Origin: Fimbriosthenelais zetlandica
Lineage: Eukaryota
Direction: 5' to 3'
NCBI GenBank assembly: GCA_977030845.1
Contig: OZ365112.1
Span: 16,678,001-16,742,000 of the forward strand
Length of the DNA stretch: 64,000 nt
Positions 28,521 through 40,200 of this stretch are shown here, piece by piece. The notes under the pieces are model-generated. The model was given only the letters and a program-made list of their open reading frames with translations, ran no database searches and was not told the DNA's origin. The translations under genes were made by a program, and so were the position numbers. The stretch's first letter is position 1. Each line of letters opens with the position of its first letter.

Positions 28521-31500
28521 GAGTGGGACGCACGACCTTGCACGAGAGAGGGACGCGGGCGTCCCTCAGGCCGTGCTCTGTCACCAATTACACGCCGCCA
28601 GCTCTGTTACCAGGCAACCATGCATGACGTGGGTGGGGGTGAGGGTCACGTGGTCTGGCTGACCGTGATATATGACCCTATGCTTGCTTCATATGACGCC
28701 CCATCCTTGGATTAACAAGTTAAGTGAAAGAAGCTTAAAGGGTGTATCTAAGCCTAATGACATCAGTCTCCTACACGTTCATGCTTTGGTCTATGTCTAA
28801 ATTCAGTTGGTAAGCATGGTCCAGGCTCTACTTACATTCCAGATTGTGGGCCAACTTTGTTGTCATCCCTTTATCGCCTGGCTGATGTTGCCATATGTTA
28901 TCCCAGACACAAGTCGCCAGAAGAATTACTCTTGCTGCCAAGGCAACAATTTAGAGTGGGACGCTGGTCACACGTCCCCCACTCCAGCCCTCACATCCAC
29001 TTCCCCAGTACCAACAAATGCGACATCCGCTTACAAACAATGCTTCTCCCCTCTCCTTGTTTTATCAAGAGTCCCAAAGTGTTTCAAACTAAAAGAATCG
29101 GGTTAGAGATATTATTTCAATCGCATAGCCTACTTTATCTGAATATATGACTGTTTCCAGAAAGGAAGGGCATATTGATACACATAGAGCATGTTTAATA
29201 TACCATCATATGTCCCCTTCGTTAGAAATAGATGATAATGAGTTTGACCTCGTTCTATAAAGCGTGAAATTGAGTAATTTACAGAGGCCATGTGCCCTCG
29301 GTCCCATTTTTTTTTATCCAAGTCATTTATTTTTTTTATAATTATGGTGTCTTTTTTGCTTGTTAAAGTCCTAGACGATGCCCGTATTGTTTGTAATGAT
29401 AAAGAAGGCATTTGAAAAGAGACCCCGCAAAGATCAGTACCCTTTGGCTGCTTCTACCTCATTATTCATCACTATACATGTATAAGTCGTTTATAACTTA
29501 CATATAGTTATCCTTAATGGAAATGTGAACCCATACCCTGCAGCTCCTCGTGACATATAGAGACGCACCAAAATTACTCCTTTAAGAGAAAAAAAACTAA
29601 AAGAAAAAAATCCATTATGTCCGTGACTTGAGTGATGACATTTCGTTTTTATTCAGGATCTACGTGTGTAGGCAACAAATGGAACCAATAATAAATGATG
29701 AACACATTTAACTATAAAAAGATATGTGATTCGCGGATTTTCCTCTCTTTTGCACACATCCATCTCTTTCTCCGCTCTTGTAGTTTCAACCTCCACGTTT
29801 TATGCATTTCTTAAGACGTATGGATGCCGTTCGTAGAAAAAATGCTTCACGCTCCATTTCCGTCTTTTCTTTAGGCTAAATCCTCTTTTTTTCTTGACAG
29901 TTAACGTTCTCTCCTATGCCAAGTGTATAAGTAACAGCAGAGAGGGAATCTTTTTGCATGAGTAAAAATTGGGACGTAGTGATTTGTGGAAAATTTGGAT
30001 AGCTCAGAACCTGTTTTGAATTTCATAAACAACGTGTTTTGTCATGGGAAGTAAGTGGCCTCGGGGGCCTGGACCCCTCGCCAGTGTCATTCTAGAATCA
30101 TAAATGACGATAAGGTATACCCATGTATGGTATGGGTTTCATGGGGCTATATAGTGTAAACAATACCCTTCTCATCCGTCTTTGACTCCTATATGTCCTT
30201 TAATACGGGGGCAACATCTCCCCAAACACACTCATAGTGGCTGACCAAAAATGGACCCAACTCTTAGCCTTCTGCCCCTTTCATGACCCCCAACTTTCTA
30301 AGCACTGACCCTAACAGAAACTTGGACGGTTGCGGGTGGAAAATCACCAACAAAACGAAGATGATTATCTCCCGGATTAGATTATTGTGGAAAGTAAGTC
30401 AGCTGACCAAAAGTCCCGCGCATTAAATGATAATCATCATTATCAGAGCATTGTAGTGGCAGTGGATGAGGGCGAGATGCTATGGCTGATGCGCCTATGG
30501 CGGAGTTGGCGGCCTGGCTCCTATGGTTGAAGAGAGATTCTTTTTGCCAGAGGCCGCTTAGGACGTCTTGACATATGCCACAACAAGTGGAGGCAGTGAA
30601 GCTTCATAAAGATACAATCTTGGCCTGTGTTTTGTCTGCTCATTCGTATGGAATGGAACTGGTTGGGCTGCGTGTGGCTGCATGGTGTTAGAGTGAGGCT
30701 GAGGGTTCTATAATTATGTGGGAGGATATATAATATGGCTTTTATCAGTGTATTTGGACCTATCCTATGGTGGAGTTTATAATAGACATTCTATCATCTT
30801 GACCGAGTGTTTCCCTTGAAATAGAGGAAAAGATTTTCTGGTCCGTTTCCGGGGACAAAGAGTTGGGGGAGGGAATCTACTGGAGGGTTCATAGGTCTGA
30901 AGAGATGAATTGACCCAGTAGTGTGTTCCAGGAGGTGGTATTGTATTACCTACCATATAACCATATGGTTTGTACATCCATCCCACCCTCACATCCATCA
31001 CTAACTCACAACATCGGAGAAGAAAACAGCAGCATTGTTGCGCTCTGATTGGAGATCATATTTCCTACAGAGCATATTTCCTACAGTCTCCTCCCGTGCT
31101 TCAAAGTACCACGTGCACAAATATACTGGTGGTGCCGCCAGAGAACGTCTGTGCCATTGGGTTCCGGGATACTCATCAGGGGTTTGGTGTGAGGACTGTG
31201 GTCGCTCGTTTGTACAGGTGTTTCTCACTGGTCACCAGTCAGGTGGTCAGGGGCTTTCTACTGTGTCCCTAAGTGGTCCTTAAGGCAATGGTCAAGGCCG
31301 GGTGTCAAGTACTAATGTGAGTCTGACCTGGGGGCATCGCCCTCCCGATCACCCTCTGTCGCTATTCCTTTGCTTGCTTCCCCTCTCTTCGCGTTATTCC
31401 ACCACAATATCTCGATATACATAAATTATTAGAATAACTGGACTTTTGAATTTCTGTGTATAAGTCATGATATATGTAGATTTAGTTCACAAAGAACAAA

Positions 31501-31531
31501 TATTTGATATGATAATGTTTGATTTTTCCAG

Positions 31532-31941
31532 GAGTACCCAAGAAACGCGTGGCGTCCACCAGTTGAGCACGCGCTGTGCAGAGGGCATTGTCTCGTGGCA
31601 ACAACCAAATGGGGCACTCCGCGTCACCTTCCACCCTCCCACTACTCCATCTAGCGGCACCTTACTAGAAACATGCTTCAGCATCTCTACACATCTGCTG
31701 AAGGTCATGGTGTCCAAGGAGCTTTCTGCAGTGGAGGATGGGCAGGAAGTGGAGGGCCTGGAACATCTAGTGTTGTTAGATCGAGCATTCCCCCGCACGA
31801 CGCACGATATCTGTGTCCGGACGAAGCGTCCCCTGACTCTCTTTGTTGAAGCTCAACCTGGAGAAGTCACTGCGACCCTTGGTCACGTGAGACTGCAGTA
31901 TGACGTCACTATCATCAAGCAACATGGGGATAGCCTTGAAG
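31532..31941 (+). CDS. METRNL: Meteorin-like protein, coding exon 2 (CUB-like N-terminal domain)
   Basis: ttttccag| acceptor. HQLSTRCAEGIVSWQQPNGALRVTFHP resembles vertebrate EQVYLRCAAGAVEWMYPTGALIVNLRP, and LFVEAQP...LQYDV resembles LFVEATP...FQYEL. Ends G|gtgtgt (phase 1). Confidence 0.93.
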
Positions 31942-32700
31942 GTGTGTATATCTATTTGACATAATATGAGTGACATGAAACTAACATTTCATTGATGTTG
32001 AAGTTGATGGAATAAATTAAAATTAAAAATGAAGCTGAATGCTTATCAGCCATAAATCTGCATCATGTCATCTGCTCAGTTCCAAAGTTTTACCCCTCTA
32101 GGGCTCTACAAATAATGGCTTATCCTGACAAAAGAATCATTGGTTGCAGGTCCTAACCCCGATTAACTAGTTTTTTCTATTGTCCAATATTCTCACTGAC
32201 CTGACCCTGAAAGAGTCTTTAACCTAACCCCTGCTTAGTTGGTGTCCTGTGTGACTAGGGCTCAACCACAGGTGTGATGCCTTCGTTTCTACCAAACCAA
32301 CCATGCTAAGGCAGCACCAATGCCTGTATGGGACTCAGCGTCAACTACGACGATCTCTATACATTTACTTGAGGGAGTTTAGTCAGGTAGAAGTTTGGCT
32401 TTCAATGGACATCCGAACGTCATTTAGGGCCTTAGTAGCTTTAGTGACACCAAAGGTGACGATAATGCATACCTCTGTCCTATAGAAGGTGCAAGTCGGG
32501 ATGGCCGATTAGCTGACCATTCTGACTGTCATGCCTCAGTTGACCAGTGTGACGCTTTGGTCCCAAAGTATTCATGCAAACCCTGACCTTCTTTGTAATG
32601 TATGGTCAATATTTTCATGACCATCGCTTGCTGCATGCTGCTTCAGATTTTGTGTACTGAACTATAGATTGACAACTAATTTTACTTTTTATTTTTGTAG

Positions 32701-32757
32701 AATGCCGACCATGTACTGAGGAAGAGCTACTAGTCAAAGTTTGTTCTAACGATTTCG
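32701..32757 (+). CDS. METRNL: Meteorin-like protein, coding exon 3 (57 nt)
   Basis: tttttgtag| acceptor, G|gtgagt donor. Encodes ECRPCTEEELLVKVCSNDF, matching the family motif CRPCSDTEVLLAVCTSDF. Confidence 0.95.
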
Positions 32758-33453
32758 GTGAGTATATTTTCTTGAGAGTTCTAATTTCACCTACAAGACT
32801 TGCACATTAAAGTAGGGGGTATCTAAAGTGTGAGAAGCATAGGAATCAATCCCCGAGGCAAAGTTGGCCCGAGAGTGGGTGCTATAGCACAACAACAGCC
32901 TCTAGCAAATGGCACATTAAGTTTACTTAAACTTAAATAGATTTATTTCACGAGAGAGTCGGCCCATAGGTAATATATGCTGAGCAGTATTTGTTTTCAT
33001 GTTCCTGAAGGGCAGATATCGTGTTGTTGAAACCTAGGACTGTCAAGCCTTTGACAGTTGTGCATTCAGTTTAGACCTCAACCCTATGAGCTTAGTTTGT
33101 TATCACGAAGTTTTATCTGCGAAGCACTTAGGCTTTATTTTCAAAACTGTAAGATAAATAGACGCCAATGACATGTTCTGTTAGCTCTGGGGGATATTGT
33201 TGTAGACTCATAATGTTTTAAAAGCAATGCACCTCAAACATTTCACGATAAGGTATCACTTGACAGACTTTAGAATTTTCAACATGGGATCTTTTTCGTT
33301 GTTGTGGGTGGTCTAAAAGGTTGTCATATTTTATTTGGAGCAAACATTGCATGGGATGTTCACTTTTCAAATATGGAAATCTGTCACCCAAATGACCCTC
33401 CATTACACAGGAATTTAAATATTATATGTTTTGCCATTTTTATATCATTTCAG

Positions 33454-33800
33454 TCGTAGCAGGCAAGATGGACGCTGTACGTGAGAACGTCGTCTTGAAA
33501 CAAACTACAATTGATGTAACAGTGGATCGAATCTACAGACAAAAATCTGATCATTTCGGAAGTCAATCACGATTCCGCCGTGAGATATCAGAAACAAAGT
33601 CAGAAAATCGTTTTAAACATTCTGGGACTGTGCTGGCACCCCACAATTGTGGTATCCAGAAGGGGGCAGGTGACTTCCTGTTCATCGGGAGGATTAGGTT
33701 GGGTAAGGCCCTCCTACAATGCGCGCCTCGTGTGGAGGAATTTAACAAAGTATGGAGACGGGCAGTCAAATGGGGTACAAATCCTTGTCTTCTAGACTGA
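33454..33800 (+). CDS. METRNL: Meteorin-like protein, terminal coding exon 4 (NTR-like domain)
   Basis: tcatttcag| acceptor. VDRIYRQKS...CGIQKGAGDFLFIGRIRLGKALLQCAPRVEEF...GTNPCLLD* matches family RLYRQKS...CGVRPGHGDFLFTG...FGEARLGCAPRF...GLNPC. Summed CDS is 1035 nt, a multiple of 3. Confidence 0.95.
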
Positions 33801-34971
33801 AAATACTATGACATTTCATACACTGGGGTAATATATTTCCAGTAAATCATCATTCCGTCCATTTTGCCAGATTTTCATAAATATGGAAAATTTGACATGT
33901 TTCATGGGCAAGCTTGACATTTTACACAATTGGATATATAAATCATTGGATCTCAGTGAAAGGCATCGAGGGAAACCACAACATCTTATTTCTCTGTTGT
34001 CTGAAGTATGTTTTAGAGGATCAAAACACGGATCAACGGGCCTGTCTCAGAGCATCGAGACGCTATGTTACTCCCATAAGACTCATCATTGCTTAATGTA
34101 GCGTCATCGGTATGAAACAGGCACCAGGTTACGTGCTCTATATCATTATCATTGTATCATACTTCTCTCATTTCATTAACTCACTTCATTTTGGAGTAAA
34201 ATGTACATGTATAAAGGCGCTGGTCGCTTTATCACCTCCATAATTCACACCTGACACTTCACACCTCACCTTTCCTAGTTTTCTCTCATATCTCATTCTC
34301 TCATCATATCTATCAATATCTAGTATGATTCAGAATTTGGTCTTGTTTCGGTTAATTTTTGTATAGAGTTGGGATAAAAATTTGCCCTTATATGTATAAA
34401 ATGATTTACCGGTTCTGTTTTACTTAAAATTAGCGTTCTTTTGGAGTTTATTATTTATGTAAATGTGGCCCAATTAGCCTACGCCACTTGTTTGGCCAAA
34501 GTGAGAATTCTGCTTAACGCATTGTAACACATGTCTCTATGGTTCATAACATTAACCAAAAGTGGCGAAGATCTCCTAATGACCTATGATTAACTTGTGT
34601 TTACATATTGTTAATTCACGATTTGTTTATTTGGTCAATATCGGATACTATTATTATGTCGTGTTACTACCGTACATATGAAATCTATAGTTAAGATAAT
34701 GACATTTTTCTTTAAAATGTTCGGACTTTGAGTTAAAATGTTGATGACTCACAAATTTTTTTTTATAGATTTAAGACAGTTACTATATTCAACCTCAAAA
34801 ATAATATTTTCATCCTTTCATTTTGAGTCAATCCTTATGATCAAATCATGAGTTCACCAGATTCATTTGTCACTTGTGTATATATCGTGACTAAGCCTGC
34901 TGGGTATGGCTGTTTTGTGTGATTATATCTAAGTATATTGTACATATAGAGAGTGTGTGCTTTCAAGAAAG

Positions 34972-34977
34972 AATAAA
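34972..34977 (+). terminator. Candidate polyadenylation signal of meteorin-like gene
   Basis: AATAAA about 1.17 kb after the stop codon, at the end of an AT-rich UTR-like stretch. Confidence 0.5.
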
Positions 34978-35581
34978 ATAATTTCATGAATATTATTAAA
35001 GCGGCGATTCTTTCCATTATTGAAAATCGAAAACAAGAAACTATGGTCACATAACTCAAAATCTGATACAGATCACGACCCACTAGTAATATGTAGCAAA
35101 TGAATTAGGCCTTATATAGTCATAGTCTGGAAAAATAGGAAATAGTGAGGTTAAACGCCAACTAATTAATTCATGTGTATCACTCTACACTTGATTGAAG
35201 TCACCCCAGCGAACATCCTGTTCTGTATGAGTACCCATAATATTAAAGCTGATAATTGTGTCCGTTGACAAAAAGAAGATAAAAGAAATCTGTTGTCCAT
35301 GTGACAGCTGGTAGGCCGAGAAGAGGATACAAAACGCTATGATTAGGGCCTCTTGTTAACCACTTGGCACCTAACTTTGACTTTTCTATGGATGCGTGAC
35401 GCGACTTCCGGTTTGGGAGGTCATTATAGTAGCTGTGTCCAGGAGGCCAATACCATGTCTAAGGTAGATCTGTATCTATAGGCTTTGCGGCAGATGAAAT
35501 AAATGGATTTGATCATATTCATGTAGGGATATGATAAATCTGGAACTTCTCCGTAAGCAGATTGCATCACGTATGCCCTCA

Positions 35582-35647
35582 GCGTGAATGGCGGATGGAT
35601 GCACGATCCCGCAGTGATCCCCGAGTGTATCCATCCGCCATTCACGC
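35582..35647. other. Near-perfect 23-bp inverted repeat/hairpin with 20-nt loop
   Basis: GCGTGAATGGCGGATGGATGCAC (35582-35604) pairs with GTGTATCCATCCGCCATTCACGC (35625-35647), 22 Watson-Crick pairs plus 1 G-T. Confidence 0.9.
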
Positions 35648-36206
35648 GGAAAGTTCTATATTTATATGCACCCAGGAATTGGATGAAATGCTCAAAGCCC
35701 CTATCGATATCACAGGGGTATTGTTAAGATGACTTTAAATGTTTATACATTGTACCTTGATCTATCCATAAGATTGAACCAGATATTTCTGAAATATTTT
35801 ATGCTAGGAAATATTTTAAGGCGGGTTTAACAAATAGGGGAAGTGCATGAAAGCCGGATGTTTAGGTGATGAATCTTGAGCTCAGTTATCTCGGAGCTGC
35901 TCTTCCTGTATCACTTGACCTATAGTGGACATGGAACGAATGACTCGCCCCAACACCATAAAAACGTTCTTTAGACTGGCAACATGTCCCCCTTTTATTA
36001 CTGCTTGGTTCACTACCCGTATTTGACATGACCTATGTGGCAGGAGTGCATTGGAATGATATTAATGCACTTAAAATGATGCTTGGGTGTTTATTTGCCA
36101 ACTATAACCACCAACAGTCAAGATCTGACCTGTAATATACCTATGACCGTCATGAAATACACATGTAGAAGTGATGTAGTTCCAATTATGCTGCCCTCAA
36201 TTCAGC

Positions 36207-36995
36207 TTACCGAAGAACTTCCAACCTATGTTCATAGAGTAAGCTAGTTTGAAATAGTAGATGGTCGGTTTTGGCAGGCAGTTGATAGTGACAAATATTT
36301 AGCATGCCACACCACCAGACTTTAGGGTACCGTACATACTCAGGGTCGGCAGCCTGGGGACTTGCTTTTATGAACTTACCTTCGGCCTCGTACATCCATA
36401 TTTTTTTATACATTGCCTCTGGAGACATTTAGGATCCTGATCAGGGACATTATAGCCCCTGTTATAATGTCCCTTCTCTCAGTTTTTGTCTGGGACACCT
36501 CGTCCATTCCGACGTACCTGGAATTGCTGTATGTGGTAGAACACATTGAAGTATATATTATGCATTCAGTGATGCATTTCCCTTGTGTATCTTCTTCGTT
36601 TTCCACGACCATACTCCCTTCCATGACTCGTGTTTTGGCATGGAAATATAAAACCCTTTCCCTTCTAATCTCCCCATCTTGGTTAACAAGGAATGCTAGG
36701 TTGAACCTGGTTTCAGGTTTGTAGGGGATGAGGTCAGTATAGGGAAGGATTAATCTTGGGACGCCAGCCCTGTGTGACATGACAGCTGACACAGACGTCT
36801 GGGTGCTGGGATTTAGTGCTGGTTAGAGGGGGAAGGGGGTGGGGATAAAGGATTAGTAGTAAACCTGGAGGTTACACTCGGGGTTAAAGGTAGAGTCAGT
36901 ACTCCTCCAGGGTCCCCGCTCGAGGCGCGGCTGTCTCGGGGGTGTCTGTGGGTTATGGGGATCACACCTGTGGCTGGGGTAAGCGCCTCATCCAT
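36207..36995 (-). pseudogene. Candidate unknown intronless gene or pseudogene: three overlapping ORFs tiling 789 nt
   Basis: ORFs 36995-36813, 36792-36406 and 36428-36207. The first and third share a frame. TATAAA at 37020-37015. No family recognised. Confidence 0.3.
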
Positions 36996-37215
36996 CTCAG
37001 GGCTCGCTGGAGGGTTTATATTAACTCAAATGTTTCTGTTATTTATCACACTTAATATGTACACCTAGGGACCACATGCTGTAGTGACACCTGTCTGCTA
37101 TCTCCAACCCTCACTACTGCTGTTTCAGGTATTAAAGATAACAATATAATGTAAAACATGCCCATATAGACACGTGATCATACTATTCCATAAAACCAGA
37201 GATATATAGGTTGTT

Positions 37216-37244
37216 CTTAGAGTAAAAATCGTTTTTACTCTAAG
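37216..37244. repeat. Perfect 13-bp inverted repeat, 3-nt spacer
   Basis: CTTAGAGTAAAAA-TCG-TTTTTACTCTAAG. Confidence 0.85.
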
Positions 37245-40200
37245 GTTTTTTTGGGGGCATTCTGGGGCTCAAGCAAGACTCAATCTGGGACTATAAACAC
37301 CTTAATATCAATATTGCATTCATGCTAATAGATTTTAATTAGGGAATAGAAGATGCATATAAATATATGCTTTACATTCGCAAGGTGAATGGGATTTGGC
37401 TCTGTAATATCTCTGCTCGCATCTTGGGGTCAGACTGTGTTACTGGTGGCAGGCGCGCGTCCATCGAGAGGCTCGTGCAAGGTCAAGGGCTGTGATTTCC
37501 GGTCAAGACCATGCACCACCCGAAGGAATGATTGGTGTTCATTAATACATGCTCCATGTCACGTGACACGAACTTATCTTGTGATGAAGAACAGTATCCA
37601 CGTGTTTGAGGAGCAGGACATACTGCGATCAATATGTCACAACAAAATACTCTGCTGGAATATACTGAGTGCAATATAAACATTCTCAGTAACTTCGTTA
37701 GAATACTTTTTATACTAAATTACATATTCACCGTTCAGTCTGATGAAACTATTTGGAGACTTCTCTAAAATATACGCCAGTTTTTTGGTCTTGCTTGGGT
37801 AGCCTAGTTAAAAATTGAATTACAATATAAACAGAATTGTGATATTCCTGAACAGAAAAGTATTGTTACCAGTATGAGATTTTAAAGAATTTCTCATATA
37901 GACATCTCATAAAAACATGTACATTTATATACACATTACATCATTCAAGTACCCTTCACATAAACAAGTCAACGTCATACTTATGGATATCAAGTACATG
38001 CAGATTAAATATTTACAAGTTGAAATATTTCAAGAATGGTGGAGACTGACTTCGTCAAGAGGCTTTCTGATATGCCAGTTTCCAAACAAAAACCATAACC
38101 CATAACATGAGAATGAGAACCGACCCCGAGTTATTTCATCCACATACATGTACATGGTGCGTCTCGCCTTTATACTTCTTCCGATTTGAACAAATTTAAT
38201 TCCAGGCTTCTTGGTCTCCCGGACCAAGCCTATAACAAGAGGTCGTAAAGGCAAATCACACACCTTCCTCCCGACACGCACAACTACCATTACAGGGGCA
38301 TATAATAGGAGGGTGTTTTACATATTGGGGAAGCCTTTTGCTAACCAAACATATGGTTAACGCTGATCAGAAGGTTAGTATGGCGGTCTTTACCCACATT
38401 TAGAGCAGAACAATAAGTGCAGAGTCATAAAAGTCAGCCGCTTCAAACATTCAATTACTGAACATCAAATGTGCACTTTTACTCCTTATATATGATGCCT
38501 CCTTCCTTCCACAGGTCTCCTGTCCCACATCTGAAATGATATCACCAGAATATATATTTATGAATACCAATCCATTTTGTTACTGATTGTTCCCAATGTA
38601 ACCTACATTTTATCTTTACGATTTCTGTATTCATATTTCTGTATTTCCAATTTATAAGTATTTTTGGGCTGATAGTTCCCTCATGTTTGCAGTTCAATGG
38701 CACCAAAATCACCAAGATGTAGTCTTGGCCAAATATCCCCAGGGTTAAAAACCAACATTTGTCTACATTCAAATGCAGCACTCCCTGGGATGATAAGAGA
38801 GCTTGTTGTGAGGGAAAACATGACTGTCCGTTGTGACGTCGCCCAACCTTCCCATGCAGTGGCTGCTGTGGACATGACCCTCTCCTGGCCACAACTCGCA
38901 TATGTGTAACTTCTTCACCCCAATTGCCTTCATCTTTGAAATAGACCAAACGTAAATAACAGTCCCAGTCTGAATTTATTCACTACATGTATTTGATTTA
39001 AACTTGCAGAAATATTAAATTTACATCCCAGATGTGTCAGATTAGAATTAAATTCTATTTTAATTTGGATTTATTATTAATAGCCAGACAGGTGGAGAAA
39101 GTGGGATGGGCAGTCCACAATAGTAAATCAGCGGATCAGCTTGGATGGTGGACATATCTCACACTCGGTACCATTGGATCTATCGTTACAACACGCTCCA
39201 TCTCAACCCACAAAGGGGAAACAGTGTGTTTTGTATTAGTTCCCGATTAGCCCGCATCCTCCGACACCTTAACACTGTCATAGCCAATCAGAGCCTGGTT
39301 AGTTGTCACGTGGGTCTAGCTAACCTGAACCAGATGGAAATGACACGGTGAAGGGATCGGCTGACACCTGCCGAGCGAACCGAGCAACTCCAAGCACCTC
39401 CGTACCCCTCCACCATCTCCATCGAGCATTCAAAGAACTAACATCAAAGATATGACAGCTAATTATAATATTATGTCTTCTAAAGGTAGAATATTCCTCA
39501 CCTCGTTATTTATTGTGAAAGAAACCCTTGTTTTGTATTCGATGTGAAGTTCGATGATAGTTTCTGAGATCTATCAAATCTCAACATAATACCAGTAGAC
39601 CCATAACAAATATTCTAAAATTGAAATGCAAACGAGTCCCAAAATATTTGGGTAAGATTCCCTTATAGTATTTTATACAGGTCTGATCAATCCCCTTATG
39701 GCAGCGTCAAATTACCTTTGACATCAATGATCTTAGTCTGGTCTTTGGCGTCTGAAGTTTCAGTCTACAGATCCATTACTTGATAAATAAAATAGAGACG
39801 AGATATACTTGGATGTAAACAGTAAAGTAATGATGGCTGGTGAGTGGCCACAATGGAAAAGGTTTAATACCAATGGCTGTGGTTCCCCCGTCGGAAGAAA
39901 GGGAGGATGCCATTATTAGTCAGTTGTCTGGATGTATGGAAGAATCGTCTTTCAGGTAAATAAGAAGCATCCAGCATATTATTGAGAGAGATCCAAGGTC
40001 GTGCCCGAAAAAGGAGTCTCTACCTATAGAAAAAAGTGAAAAAAGAATCCATATCGGAAAAGAGAGCAGAATTAAAATGTGTAGGGCGATTGAACTGCAT
40101 CCAAAATCAAGAAACTCGATTTCTGGCTCTATATAAATTTATTTCTAATTCCTTCAGCTATAAATGTACTTACATATTATGGTTCACTGATGACCTGATC

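Noticed and set aside
31487-31798. 103-aa - strand ORF
   Set aside because: Antisense shadow of meteorin exon 2.
36413-36724. 103-aa hydrophobic + strand ORF
   Set aside because: More likely the antisense shadow of the - strand ORF B. Not called separately.
36700-36790. Possible noggin (DGKE neighbours NOG in vertebrates; LILPYTDLIP vaguely like NLPLVDLIE)
   Set aside because: No signal peptide and no cystine-knot C-terminus.
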